DNA of 64,000 nt. It comes from an uncultured delta proteobacterium (GTDB lineage: Bacteria > Desulfobacterota > Binatia > Bin18). Each line of letters opens with the position of its first letter. Positions within the stretch are counted from its first letter, which is position 1. Shown here piece after piece: positions 27,584 through 38,393 of the stretch. A model generated the notes under the pieces. That model ran no database searches and had not been told where the DNA came from. It was given only the letters and a program-made list of their open reading frames with translations. Made by a program: the position numbers and the translations under genes. The stretch lies in assembly GCA_963733195.1 (NCBI GenBank), contig CAVTCR010000070.1, positions 49,056-113,055 on the forward strand, in the 5' to 3' direction.

Positions 27584-30376
27584 TTATGGTGCTACGGTCG
27601 GTCGTTGTGCGTCTTGTAGTCGGAGGCTAAGGATCTTGGCCAGATTCAGGAAAATCTTAGCGCCGATACGAGGATAGCGCTTCTGTATGCGATTCAGGAA
27701 ACGATCGTTGACTGCCAGGACTTCGACATCATCGGTGGCAAGTACATCGGCGGTCCGCACATGATCGCCAAGGAGCGCCATCTCGCCCAGGACGTCTCCC
27801 CGTTGCAGTGTCCGTGCCCGGCGTGGTTGGGTGTCAGGATTGATAATCACGTCCGCTGCACCGCTGAGGAGGAGGTACATCTCCTCGCCTTTCTCTCCGT
27901 GCCGGATGATGTGTTGTCCCTTAGCAAACTTTTTCAGTTCGCCCATCAGAGTTACGATACGGGCCTGGAGCGGTCGCAACCCTTGAAACAACTGGATCGT
28001 CTTGTGTGGATCTTTGCCGAGTTTCATATGGAGAAGATCCCACAACGTAATGATGCGTGTTGTCGCCAACATTGCCGGCAAGAGCAAGAATTCGCCAATC
28101 ACGCCGATTACGATCGTCGCGGCGGACAGCAAGCCGAATTCTTGGATCGGGACAAAAGTTGCGGTGCCGAGGGTGAGAAACCCCAGGAACAGCAGTCCAG
28201 AGTAATAAAGTGCCGGTTTGCCCACTGTAGACAACGCTTCGATGAGCGCCTCCCCTTCTTTGTCGGTGTTGCGCACTTCGGAACTCAAACGGTACATGAT
28301 GTGAATGGTATCATCTACTGCCAGCCCAAGAGCGATAGAAGCAATGATATTGGTGCCAAAGTTAAGCGCGACGCCCATCAAACCCATCAAGCCGAAAAAG
28401 ATCATGATGGGAAACAAATTAGGAATCATGGCAATCAGCCCGACCCGCGACGAAAGAAACATCGCCGCCATAAGGATGAAAATGACCACCGCGGTGAGCG
28501 TCAAACTTTGTGCCTGGCCACTGACAATGTCACCAGTAGTTTTTGTCAACAAAATAATACTTCCCGTGGGATGCGCTTTGAGCTCGGGAGGAAGAATCTC
28601 GGCAGCCAGGGCTTGGATTTTTTCCACGGTAGCGGCGAGGTCATTTGAGCGCGACAGCGAGGTGCGTACAAGAATGTTAGTGCGTGAGAACTCGGGGTTC
28701 ACCACCAAGGCGAGGCTTTTCGGTCGCCCTGCAAACAATTGCATAACCCCTTTTAGTTGCTCGGGGTTTTCGAGAAAGGTTGTCTTCTTTCCAGATGCTT
28801 GAACTGTAGGCTCGACCAACTCTCCTTCGGGGGAGACTTCGAGGCTACCGCCTCCCTCTTGCACTCCACGGTCGATGAGTAAACAGTAATCTACGAAGGA
28901 TACTGTCTTATCGACTCCCGGTAAGGCATCGATTGCCTCTTGCAAGGTGCGTAGTCGCCGTAAGGTTTCCCACTGCTTCATCACATCGCGGGTCGTTCCA
29001 TCAACCACGACATTAAACGCCATGCTGCCAGCGAGCTGACGACTGACCACGTCCGTGGCCTGACGAATGGGGTCTGATGGACGGAAGAACGATTGAAAGT
29101 CAGAATTGACCTGAACCTTAGGAATCTGGTAGGCCGCGAGGAGCGCCACAATAGCGCATCCCATGATAACTGCACGCCGCTGCCGAATGACTGCCCTAGT
29201 CAACTGCCGCAGCTTGGTACTGAGCCCTGGGGCAAAGGAGTCCACGCGTCGGTTTGGTAAACGCAACATTGCGAGCAGCGCCGGTACGAGGGTGAGCGAG
29301 AACACGAACGCCAAGGTGATACCGAGCGACGAGTAGATGCCCATTTCGCGAATACTGACGATCGGGTTCAGCGTTTGCGAGAAAAATCCCATAACGGTTG
29401 TCAGGGCGGCCATTAGGGCTGGGGTGTTGATTGTCTGTAATGTCTCCGACACCACTTCCTTGGGCGAGCGGTCAGGTCGTGCGAGTTCATAGTACTCGGC
29501 AACCACATGGAGTGAATAGGCGACGCCGATTACCAGCACCAGCGGTGGCAGCGCGATACTGCCCAGGCTGAGGGCATCCCCATTGAGTACCATGATCCCC
29601 AGAGTCCAAATCAGACTAACGATCACCGTCAAGGTCGGGAGCAGAACACCACGCAGCGAGCGGAAACAAAAAAACAAAACCACGACAATAAACAGCAACA
29701 TCAACGGCACAAAGCGTGACAAGTCACGCTGCATGACATGGGTTGAGTAGACCTTAAAGTGAGGTAAGCCGGTGTAGTACCATCGTTCAGGCCGCTGCTC
29801 TTGAACGGCGGTAGCATTTTCCCGCTCGACGATTTTCTGGATCGTGTCATCAATGCCACGGCGCATGAATTCGTCGTTGCTCATCTCGGCAAAAAAGATA
29901 TTGATGGCCGCCGCCCGCCCGTCGGGAGCCACGAGGATTTTGAGATAAATCGGACGATCGGCCAACTTCTCTTGTAGGGCCGTGGACGCTGCCGGCGTAG
30001 TTGGGATTTGCGGCATGATCAGCGGCGGCTCGGTCACATCGACCACTGGGTCTACCGCATTAGCAAGGCTGAGCACGCTCGCTACCCCTTCAACCTTTTC
30101 AATTTCTTTGGTGAGACGTTGGAGCTTGTTCAACACCTCGGCGGCGTAGATACTGTCGGCGACGACAGCAATGACGCCGACTTCATCGTTCCCGAACAGC
30201 TTACGAACTTCCGCATAGTATTGATTGTCCGGGTCATTTTCCGGCAGTAGCCGATCCATTGAGCCATCGAGCCGGATATGTTGCGCGTGATAACCAAAGA
30301 AACAGGTCAGCGCGAAGATGAACAATAAGACGATCTGGGGTTTGTCCACAATCAGACGGAAGATCCGCTGCATCAC
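27584..30376 (-). CDS. MMPL/RND family transporter with C-terminal cyclic-nucleotide-binding domain
   Basis: Two TM blocks (GVAYSLH; GLAVDDTIH); C-terminal GEKGEEMYLLLSG...LGEMALL...RTADV. Confidence 0.88.
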   Translation of the reverse strand: MMQRIFRLIVDKPQIVLLFIFALTCFFGYHAQHIRLDGSMDRLLPENDPDNQYYAEVRKLFGNDEVGVIAVVADSIYAAEVLNKLQRLTKEIEKVEGVASVLSLANAVDPVVDVTEPPLIMPQIPTTPAASTALQEKLADRPIYLKILVAPDGRAAAINIFFAEMSNDEFMRRGIDDTIQKIVERENATAVQEQRPERWYYTGLPHFKVYSTHVMQRDLSRFVPLMLLFIVVVLFFCFRSLRGVLLPTLTVIVSLIWTLGIMVLNGDALSLGSIALPPLVLVIGVAYSLHVVAEYYELARPDRSPKEVVSETLQTINTPALMAALTTVMGFFSQTLNPIVSIREMGIYSSLGITLAFVFSLTLVPALLAMLRLPNRRVDSFAPGLSTKLRQLTRAVIRQRRAVIMGCAIVALLAAYQIPKVQVNSDFQSFFRPSDPIRQATDVVSRQLAGSMAFNVVVDGTTRDVMKQWETLRRLRTLQEAIDALPGVDKTVSFVDYCLLIDRGVQEGGGSLEVSPEGELVEPTVQASGKKTTFLENPEQLKGVMQLFAGRPKSLALVVNPEFSRTNILVRTSLSRSNDLAATVEKIQALAAEILPPELKAHPTGSIILLTKTTGDIVSGQAQSLTLTAVVIFILMAAMFLSSRVGLIAMIPNLFPIMIFFGLMGLMGVALNFGTNIIASIALGLAVDDTIHIMYRLSSEVRNTDKEGEALIEALSTVGKPALYYSGLLFLGFLTLGTATFVPIQEFGLLSAATIVIGVIGEFLLLPAMLATTRIITLWDLLHMKLGKDPHKTIQLFQGLRPLQARIVTLMGELKKFAKGQHIIRHGEKGEEMYLLLSGAADVIINPDTQPRRARTLQRGDVLGEMALLGDHVRTADVLATDDVEVLAVNDRFLNRIQKRYPRIGAKIFLNLAKILSLRLQDAQRPTVAP

Positions 30377-30665
30377 GCCTCCCCACTATTCGATGATGGA
30401 GCATCCATAATCTGACTGACAGTTATAGCAAGCAAGCTGGGAAGGGAAAGAGGAGCTTAGAAGGCGAAGCAGTTGCTGGATAGAGTATGGTTTCCTCATT
30501 GAAATGTGGATCGGGCATCCGGCACCGAGTGGATAGAGACATCCCGGCAGGGCGTCTCGATAAAATCTCCACAATTCAGATAGGAACTCTTATGGTGAGA
30601 AACCCTCCGGCTTGACCACACGGCATACTCTGCGCTAAGCCAAAAGACAGAGGTGCTGTGAACGC

Positions 30666-31793
30666 GTGGCGGACCTTGGTGGGCTGAATCAACTCATTTG
30701 GAGTATGGGGCTAAAATTTCGTGCTGCGTTAGCTCAACAGTCTCACTCGGCCTATAATCAACCCCTTCACAATCAAGCAATAACGCTTGCGACGACACAT
30801 CTCTTCCTTGCCTTGCCTGATGCCGTGCGGCGGACCCTCAAGCGGACGACACCCGAGGCAATTGCTCAACAAGGAAAATTCTTAGGCTCGTCAGTGTCTC
30901 CACTGGCGATTTGGTTGTTTGGCTACCATTTTTTGGTTGGACGTGAGATTCTTATTGACCTTGGTCAGGTGTCAGCCAACGCCCATGCGGAGGATATTGC
31001 GTTGGTTCTCGATTTCTGGCGCCGACTTGCTTTTGCTCATCGTGGGGATGGACGTCTGGATAATAGCGATGCCGGTGCGACGAATGATTTCTTGCCACCG
31101 GCGACGATACAGCAACTCTATGAAGCGCTGGTTCCGGTCGATACCGCGATTCAGCCTCGGTTAACGCAATTCTTGACGACTACAGATGAGTATCGCATAC
31201 GCTTGCATGCTGGGGCACGGGTCGGTTGTGCTGACTCCGGCCCCTATCCGCTCAATATCGAACGTATACTGATTGTGAGAGATTGTTGTGACCTCAAAGG
31301 AACCTACTATCCTTGGCGAGATCTTGTTGCCGATGTTCCGTATCGTACCTGTGCTCTTGCGATGACATTTGATGCTGAAGATTTTCAGACCCTCGAACTC
31401 AGTGACCATAGCGAGATCCGAGCGATCCCGCCTGAGTATCCGACACTCATACGTGAAATCACTTTTGTAGCCGGGAATGATGGGTCGAACCGTGTTCTTC
31501 CTATTACGGAAATGGATTGGCTAACACGCAGTGTGAAGAAAGTCCAACCTAAGCTTGAGAGATGGTTTAGCCGCCAGACGCGACAGGAGCAGATTATGGC
31601 GTGTGCATTGCCATGGATCGTGTCACCACTTGCTCTTCTGTCAGCGGAGGAAGGACACCGCGCGGGAGACCTTTCTCCGCTAGCGCTGCAACTGCTCCCT
31701 GTATATGAAACAGATGCAACGGTTGCTGCGCGGTGGCGGACGCATCGCTGCTTGGCGCCGGGGAGTACGAGTGCCTTTGTTCCACTGATGTAA
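30666..31793 (+). CDS. Hypothetical protein
   Basis: 375-aa ORF with GAGG RBS; no family confidently recognised. Confidence 0.7.
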   Translation: MADLGGLNQLIWSMGLKFRAALAQQSHSAYNQPLHNQAITLATTHLFLALPDAVRRTLKRTTPEAIAQQGKFLGSSVSPLAIWLFGYHFLVGREILIDLGQVSANAHAEDIALVLDFWRRLAFAHRGDGRLDNSDAGATNDFLPPATIQQLYEALVPVDTAIQPRLTQFLTTTDEYRIRLHAGARVGCADSGPYPLNIERILIVRDCCDLKGTYYPWRDLVADVPYRTCALAMTFDAEDFQTLELSDHSEIRAIPPEYPTLIREITFVAGNDGSNRVLPITEMDWLTRSVKKVQPKLERWFSRQTRQEQIMACALPWIVSPLALLSAEEGHRAGDLSPLALQLLPVYETDATVAARWRTHRCLAPGSTSAFVPLM

Positions 31794-31849
31794 AGTGAAA
31801 CGGCTTCCCCTCGACGCTATCGTTCTCCTATTGTTGCAAGCGATCGTCG

Positions 31850-32000
31850 TTCATGCTTCGATCCTTCGACAAGCTCAGGACAGGCTTGACCCTGAGGGGC
31901 ACGCTCTGCACGAACGGAAGGCGGTAGGAGCTAAAAACCGTTCACCCTGAGCCCTTCGGCTACGCTCAGGATAAACTACGCCCAGCGGATTCGAAGGCGA
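31850..32000. repeat. Composite palindromic repeat with two CCTTCG..GCTCAGGA elements
   Basis: TCCTTCGACAAGCTCAGGACAGGCTT (31862-31887) and CCCTTCGGCTACGCTCAGGATAAACT (31952-31977). Confidence 0.7.
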
Positions 32001-32071
32001 ACTCAGACAAGTCCCGCTACATTATTGCTCCTCGGTTTCTCTTTGCCTGCTACCTGCTATGATCGTTGCGC

Positions 32072-32983
32072 ATGGCCGAAAAAAAGATTGCCCTCCCACC
32101 GTTGTTTACGCCACAGTTTCTTGCGGGGCTCGAAACTTTGCGTGTTCGTGCTCGACGCCAGTTCCTTGGCAATCGGCCCGGAAGTCATCTCTCGCCTCAT
32201 CGTGGAGCAGGCCTCGAATTTGCTGATTATCGCCACTATACGCCTGGTGATGATTTACGGTACATCGACTGGAAGCTCTACAGCCGTACTGATCGCATAT
32301 ACATTAAACTCTTTCAGGAAGAAGAAGAACTCTATACTTCGCTGTTCCTCGACCTGAGCGCGTCGATGGCCTGTCCTGCCACAAGCGGAAAGTATGAAGC
32401 CGCGCGTGACTTGGCGCTAGCCCTGGCGTATGTCGTGCTCGCCAACGATGATGCTGTGAAACTGCACGCTCTGAGCAGCCAAAGCGGTGTCCAGGCCACT
32501 CCGTTTTTTCGCGGACGCTCTCGGATGTTCGATCTTGCGACGTTTCTGCACGCGCGCCCTCCAGTGGGAAAAGTAGAAACTCCTGCTGTGCTTGCACAGC
32601 ACCTACAGATTGTGCGCCGTCCTGGTAAAGCGATCTGGATCTCTGACTTTTTATTCTCTTCGACAGTGTACCAGAGTGGACTCAATCTCTTGCGTGCCGC
32701 GAATTTCGATATCGCAGTCATTCAGGTGCTCGGAGCCAATGAGGTTGATCCTCCTGTCCAGTCTGAGGGAGTCCAGATGGTGGATAGCGAAAGTGGAGAA
32801 TCAGTGCTGGTGCGTTTTGATAGTGTCGCGAAGAAAGAATACCTTCGCCGACTCGACGGGCACAACCGCACGTTACGCAGCTTTTGTCACCAAATGGGTG
32901 TGCACCATGTACTGTTTACAACTGCACAGGATCTGCGAACGTTTGTCCTCCGCGAGTTACCGAGGTTAGGGTTACTCGTATGA
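32072..32983 (+). CDS. DUF58 family protein (MoxR/VWA-associated)
   Basis: GLEFADYRHYTPGDDLRYIDWK, LDLSASM, ISDF. Confidence 0.92.
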   Translation: MAEKKIALPPLFTPQFLAGLETLRVRARRQFLGNRPGSHLSPHRGAGLEFADYRHYTPGDDLRYIDWKLYSRTDRIYIKLFQEEEELYTSLFLDLSASMACPATSGKYEAARDLALALAYVVLANDDAVKLHALSSQSGVQATPFFRGRSRMFDLATFLHARPPVGKVETPAVLAQHLQIVRRPGKAIWISDFLFSSTVYQSGLNLLRAANFDIAVIQVLGANEVDPPVQSEGVQMVDSESGESVLVRFDSVAKKEYLRRLDGHNRTLRSFCHQMGVHHVLFTTAQDLRTFVLRELPRLGLLV

Positions 32984-33010
32984 GGAGTACTCCATAACCG
33001 GTTAGGAAGA

Positions 33011-34828
33011 TTACGCGGACTCGATCGAAGCTGCCAACGCGTGTGGATGTGCGTTGTCATCGACCTGTTGCTCGTCCGTTGTCACAACAAACTGCTCCAC
33101 CAACGCCTTCAGCGTGTACCCGACGGCTTGTAAATTGAGTGCGGCGGTTTCAACTTTGCGAAGTCCCTCGACGCTCTGGGTGCTTGCCTGTCTGATTGAT
33201 CGCATTGCTACGACAACCCGATCCATACCAACTAATTGTTGTTGACTCGATATAGCGATCTGGCTCAGCGCTTGTGCTGACTCGGTGACGTTCTGTGTCA
33301 GTGCGCGAATCGATTCTCCAGCTTGCAGCGAACGTTGAGCGCCGAGATCGGCGGCCTGTGTCCCTTGCCGTGTCACAAGAACCGCCGTGTCTGCAGCACG
33401 ACGAATATCCGTCAAGATCTTCTGGACTTCTGCCGTGGCGCGTTTGGACTGGTCGGCAAGCCCGCGGATTTCTTGGGCGACAACAGCGAATCCTTTCCCA
33501 GCATCCCCGGCTTTTGCGGCTTCGATGGCGGCATTAATCGCTAAGAGATGCGATTGCTCAGCGAGCGTGTTGACGGTCGTAATAATATCGCCAATGGTCT
33601 GCGTCTGGGTGCCGAGCTCGGCAACGCGTTGAGCAATGGATTCCATCTGACTGCGCACGTGATTCATACCGGTGAGCGCTTCTTCAACCGAATGCTGTCC
33701 GTGTTGTGATGTTTCCAGGGTTTGGTGGCTATTCCCCGATACTTCTTGTGCTTTATGATTCGAGACCTGGGCAGTTTGTTTCACTTCCTCTACAGTCGTG
33801 GCGGTCTCAGCAACTGAAGTTGCGGCTTGGGTGGTGGTCGCGACAAGCTGTTGTGTGGAGGACACGATCTTTTCGATAGCAGCCGCCAAGACACGGGTGC
33901 TTTCCTGCATTTGTCCACTCATGTGTCGTAAGGTTTCAACCATCCGCAAAAAACTATGAGAAAGGATGTCGTCTTCCGAGCGGACCCGTAACTGTACCGT
34001 GAGATCTCCTTTACTAATAGCGTCAGCCGCACCAGCAACCGTACGAAAATATTGGATCAGGTCGCGAAATGCAGAGGCAAGGGCACCCATCTCATCCTGG
34101 GACTCGTAGGTGACCTGCTGCTGGACATTCCCTTGGGCAATCTTCACTGCAGCAGCGGTAATCTCTGCAAGCGGTTTAGTGATAGAACGAGCGAGTAAAA
34201 ACCCCGGGGTAAAAATAAGCAGCAGCGTAACGATCAGAACCCTTTGCGCAGTTCGCTTTGCACTTTTGGTGACCTGCATACCTACGACGTTAATCACCGA
34301 GACTTCAGCTGCAAGCATGCTATTGATGGTCTCTAACTTTGCTCGTAACTGTAGGAAGTGTTCTTCAAGATCTTTGAGCATGATACGTGCTTCTTGAGGC
34401 TTGCCGTTGACGGCGGTAGTTACGATCTCCTGCGCTTTGACGACATAAGTATCAACAAGGGGTCGCACCACAGTGAGTGACTGTACAATCTCGGCAGAGA
34501 GCGGGAGGGTGAGACTCTCATCGAAGAGCGTCTTCACCGTCTCGACCGCTTCTTGCAGTTTTGCTTGGACCTCCAGTTTTCCTGTCTCGTCATTTTGCTC
34601 AGCCAGATACACCGCATGATAGCCAAGCATACGTAACCCATCATGCGTGATATCGACCTGCAACGTATTTTGCGCGGCGGTAAAATACTGGTGACTCAAC
34701 TTCAAGTTGTCACTCAGCTGCTCAATTCCTCGATATCCGGCCAGTCCAGTCATTCCGAGCGCGAAGAAAAGCACAATGGCAAAGAGCTGAAGCTTCTCTT
34801 TGATAGGAATATTTTTCAGTCTGGACAT
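33011..34828 (-). CDS. Methyl-accepting chemotaxis protein (4HB sensor, HAMP, MA domain)
   Basis: Two TM helices, [45 protein letters not shown]. Confidence 0.93.
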   Translation of the reverse strand: MSRLKNIPIKEKLQLFAIVLFFALGMTGLAGYRGIEQLSDNLKLSHQYFTAAQNTLQVDITHDGLRMLGYHAVYLAEQNDETGKLEVQAKLQEAVETVKTLFDESLTLPLSAEIVQSLTVVRPLVDTYVVKAQEIVTTAVNGKPQEARIMLKDLEEHFLQLRAKLETINSMLAAEVSVINVVGMQVTKSAKRTAQRVLIVTLLLIFTPGFLLARSITKPLAEITAAAVKIAQGNVQQQVTYESQDEMGALASAFRDLIQYFRTVAGAADAISKGDLTVQLRVRSEDDILSHSFLRMVETLRHMSGQMQESTRVLAAAIEKIVSSTQQLVATTTQAATSVAETATTVEEVKQTAQVSNHKAQEVSGNSHQTLETSQHGQHSVEEALTGMNHVRSQMESIAQRVAELGTQTQTIGDIITTVNTLAEQSHLLAINAAIEAAKAGDAGKGFAVVAQEIRGLADQSKRATAEVQKILTDIRRAADTAVLVTRQGTQAADLGAQRSLQAGESIRALTQNVTESAQALSQIAISSQQQLVGMDRVVVAMRSIRQASTQSVEGLRKVETAALNLQAVGYTLKALVEQFVVTTDEQQVDDNAHPHALAASIESA

Positions 34829-35090
34829 AAAAATTTCTCCGAGTGGGAGATTCACGCTCCTGTGTGCCGGCAAGGAGGATCGCTTATTTGCACAATGCTC
34901 TTCTTGAAATAATGATCCCTGACCTCCTTTTCGTTATCGGATTGCCGAGAAAAACCTTTATTTTTAGAGGAAAACAGCAAAAGCAGATCAGGGAAAGAAT
35001 GTAGATACAGAACGAACGAGAAAAAGTGATTTTTCTCTGGGCTATTGCCCCTTGGTTTCTTCCTCTTTATCAAGAGAAACAACGCACATT

Positions 35091-36912
35091 ATGGATTTTT
35101 CTTTTCTTTCTCCTTCAGCCTGGCAGCTACTCTACGCATTGCCGCTACTCCTGATTCCTTATCTCTTTCGCGAGCGTGGACGTCGCGTGGTGGTGTCTGC
35201 AGTGTTCCTCTATCAAGGTCTCCCGCCGGCGACACAACGCCGTTTGTGGGGCACTCTGCGTCTCTCTCCGTTGTTTTTCCTTCAGCTTCTTATTCTCCTG
35301 TTTTTGATCACAGCGGCTGCTCAACCGTTTCTCCATCGGCGTGGCGAGAAAGTAGCGATTGTGCTTGATACCTCAGCCAGCATGCAAGCGCGTTCTCTCA
35401 CAACGAAAAACAATGTGTTTGTCATAGCTCAGCAGCAAGCTCTAGACCTGATTGCCTCGCTTCCGAGTGAAGATTCGGTAAGCCTTTTTGTCACGACCCC
35501 TTTTCCAACCGTCGTTGCTACTTCAAGCGAGACTGCTTCATGGGTACAAGAACAGGCTGCCGCGGTCAGGGTGACAGACATGCCCGATGTGAGTGATGAG
35601 GTGCTTTCGGCATTCTTCTCTCAGCTTCTCAAAGAGCAAGATTTTCAGCGGATTGTTTTTTTTACTGACCGACCATTGGCCGCAGAGCAAGAGACAAACG
35701 CACTAACCGTGCGAGTACTTGGTTCGCCACAGCCCAATTTATCGATTGCGACGTTCCAAATTGATCGCAGTCCATTTACTCCCGATGATGTCGAGGCGAC
35801 TGTGACGGTCTCGGGACTTGAACGTGGAGTGAGTGGGAGTGTCAGTATTGAAGACGGGGAATCAGGGAAAGTTCTCGTCTCCCAGCCGTTAGTGAAACAC
35901 GAACGATCTGTGATGACATTTGCGCATTTGCCAGTAGCGACAACCTATCGGGCGCGCCTTCTTGTGGATGACGCCTTGGCCGTTGATAATGAAGCCTATG
36001 CAGTGTTGCCGTCCGTAAAGGCGATTTCCATTTTGGTCGTGTCTCCCACAGCCAACGTGGCGAGTAGCCTCGACCAGATTCCTAACCTCCACGTGGAACG
36101 TCTCACTCCCGCAGAATATACTCCAGCCCGTGCGGTTGGGGTTCCACTTGTGATGTTTCACCTCGTGATGCCGGAATCTCTGCCAGAAACTAATGCCGCG
36201 TTTATCTTTCCGCCTGAGGGAAACGCTTTGTTTCCTCTCGGAAAAGCCGCGCAACGACCGCAGGTGACTCAGTGGGCGGCGGCTCATCCATTGACCAGTT
36301 ATGTGACTTTTCCATTACTAACCCCTCGGTATGCTCAGGCGTTACTGCCCGTCGGATGGTGTGCGCCAATTGTGAGTGGTACTGTTGGGACACTCCTCCT
36401 TGCTGGTGAGCGCGACGGCTATCGCTATGCAGCGGTTGGGTTTGATCTCCTCCCATATCTCGGAAAACAGAATCTTCCGACATCTATTCTGACGCTCAAC
36501 TTATTAGGGTGGTTGGCTGCCCGTGCCGGACAGCCACTTGATCTCCATACTGGGTCGTCATTCCCGGTGCTGAACACAGAGACGCAAATTCACCTGGCAA
36601 ACGGTGAACAGATACAGCCGATCGGGAACGCCGTCATTTTAGCAAAACAGGGGATGTATACTAGTCAGTGAGAATGGTCAGGAGCGACGGATTGCGTGAA
36701 TCTCAGTAATACAGAGGAATCCCAACTTGGCCGTCCCTTGCAACTTACCCCGTTGGACTTTGCCGACACCCCTTGCGGCAGAAAAGACCGGCAAACCATT
36801 GTGGCCGTGGCTTCTCCTTAGCGTGGTCATCTTGTTAATGGTCGAGTGGTGGTGGGCGATGCGTAAAGCACGTCGGGGGGTTGAACACTCGACTCGTACT
36901 GTTCCGAGCTGA
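35091..36912 (+). CDS. BatA/VWA domain membrane protein (frameshifts near 36665-36730)
   Basis: N-terminal BatA-like TM pair, VLDTSASM, FTD, DALAVDN; C-terminal PLWPWLL...EWW anchor in another frame. Confidence 0.8.
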
Positions 36913-36924
36913 AGATGAGAGGCT

Positions 36925-37068
36925 GTCATTGCGAGCCCTTCGTCAAGCTCAGGATAAACTGGGCGAAGCAATCTCTGCCTTATTTGTTGCGTTATACGAG
37001 ATTGCTTCGTCGCCGAAGCCTGTCCTGAGCGTAGCGGTAACGAAGTCGCAGGGGTTCCTCGCAATGAC
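36925..37068. repeat. GTCATTGCGAG-type palindromic element with nested inserts
   Basis: GTCATTGCGAG...GAAGCAATCTC / GAGATTGCTTCG...CTCGCAATGAC, with CCCTTCGTCAAGCTCAGGATAAACT in the left arm and a reverse copy in the right arm. Confidence 0.75.
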
Positions 37069-37108
37069 TCCCTTCAGACGTTTTTAGACAACTTTGTAGT
37101 GTCTCGCT

Positions 37109-37999
37109 CTACGACCTTCCCCCGACATGTGTGCCCTGGTTGGCAAACGTGTCCTTTCCATGTGCATAGGCAAAAATATTCTGCCCAGCGTTCCGGTTCA
37201 CCAACTCTCGTCCCCACATCGGATGGAACATACTGCGTACTTCATGTTCGAGCTCACACAGAGTTCTTCCCGAGTCGGGATCAATGATAGTGCGGAATCG
37301 ATATTGATGATTATCACTCTCCTCGCTCACCAGTCCGCGCTCCTTCAGGAACGCATGGGGGGTAGAAAAATTGGCAATATAAATGGCGATGTGGTGGCCA
37401 TCGTATGACGGAATCGGCGCTGTGGTTTCGCGAAACATTAGCTTTTGTGAACGCCCGACTTGGACACAGGCCACCGCACCCTGTTTGCTCGGCGTCCAGG
37501 TCGCTGGTGCTTGCATGATTTCCTTGTAGAACTGCGCGATACCTAATGCGGCGTTCGGTTCGACCGTCAGCTCTATATAAGGAATACCCAGAGTCATATC
37601 GCCAAATTGCGGGCTAGGCGCGTGACAGCGAAACTGATTGCCCCACGGGCAAGTGACTGTAATATGGCCATTCTCTTCTGCACAGCGGAACGCCGTGCCC
37701 GTAAGCTTGGTTTGCGCACGTTCCAAGCGTCTCTTCAGTGAATCGAGATCGGGAACGACCAAGCCGATGTGTCCGCGCAGCACTTGCGGTTGACGAGTCG
37801 GGAGATGGAATTGCTGCTCTCCGACATTGACCCACATATTTTCCGTGCCAACCATCATATACGGGTCGCGTGTGAGTCCGAGTGTCTGGACATAAAATTG
37901 TAACGCGAGTGCTTGATCAGGAACGGTAACGTTGACATGCTCCATCGCTAAGATGTTCCCAACATCCTGCGTCGTACGATCATAATTTTTTTCTGCCAT
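37109..37999 (-). CDS. Glyoxalase/VOC-like hypothetical protein
   Basis: EHVNVTVPD...FY...LGL, GHIGLVVPD, GHHIAIY; GGAGG RBS. Confidence 0.75.
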   Translation of the reverse strand: MAEKNYDRTTQDVGNILAMEHVNVTVPDQALALQFYVQTLGLTRDPYMMVGTENMWVNVGEQQFHLPTRQPQVLRGHIGLVVPDLDSLKRRLERAQTKLTGTAFRCAEENGHITVTCPWGNQFRCHAPSPQFGDMTLGIPYIELTVEPNAALGIAQFYKEIMQAPATWTPSKQGAVACVQVGRSQKLMFRETTAPIPSYDGHHIAIYIANFSTPHAFLKERGLVSEESDNHQYRFRTIIDPDSGRTLCELEHEVRSMFHPMWGRELVNRNAGQNIFAYAHGKDTFANQGTHVGGRS

Positions 38000-38030
38000 G
38001 CTCTCTTCCTCCTTTGCGAGTTGATTTTGC

Positions 38031-38393
38031 TTAGGGGCGTGACTCCAGCTCGATTTTTACCGTGGCGCGCGGTTGGACGATACGTCGTGGCTCCCCTTTC
38101 TTTTCTCTAAAGAAGATCTTGACACTGCGGACACCTGCCACTTGCGCGAGTTTCCGTTGCAATTCAGGATCAGGAGCAACGAAGGTAATCATCTCTAGTT
38201 GATTATTCTCTACAAGCTGCAAGATAAGGCCGTCTAGAAAAGAGAAGGACAGCAACTTTGCACTACTAAGGTCAACTTCTACTATCCCGCTGAGGAGATG
38301 CTCACGAAGCTTCTGGTAGGCCTCCTCCCCGCGAGGCCGGGTTACGGTTTTTGGAGCCAATTGAGTAATTGATACGTAGGTCTCCATTGTCAT
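38031..38393 (-). CDS. STAS-like (DUF4325-like) protein
   Basis: TRPRGE...VEVDLSSAKLLSFSFLDGL; ATGA-coupled to the upstream ATPase gene. Confidence 0.6.
   Translation of the reverse strand: MTMETYVSITQLAPKTVTRPRGEEAYQKLREHLLSGIVEVDLSSAKLLSFSFLDGLILQLVENNQLEMITFVAPDPELQRKLAQVAGVRSVKIFFREKKGEPRRIVQPRATVKIELESRP

Noticed and set aside
27761-28648. 295-aa ORF opposite the MMPL gene
   Set aside because: Fully overlaps a well-supported gene and has no recognisable motifs
36881-37087. Small ORFs in repeat composites (for example LRQAQDKL peptides; also 40828-41025 and 47948-48421)
   Set aside because: Translations of palindromic repeat DNA with no RBS or domain support
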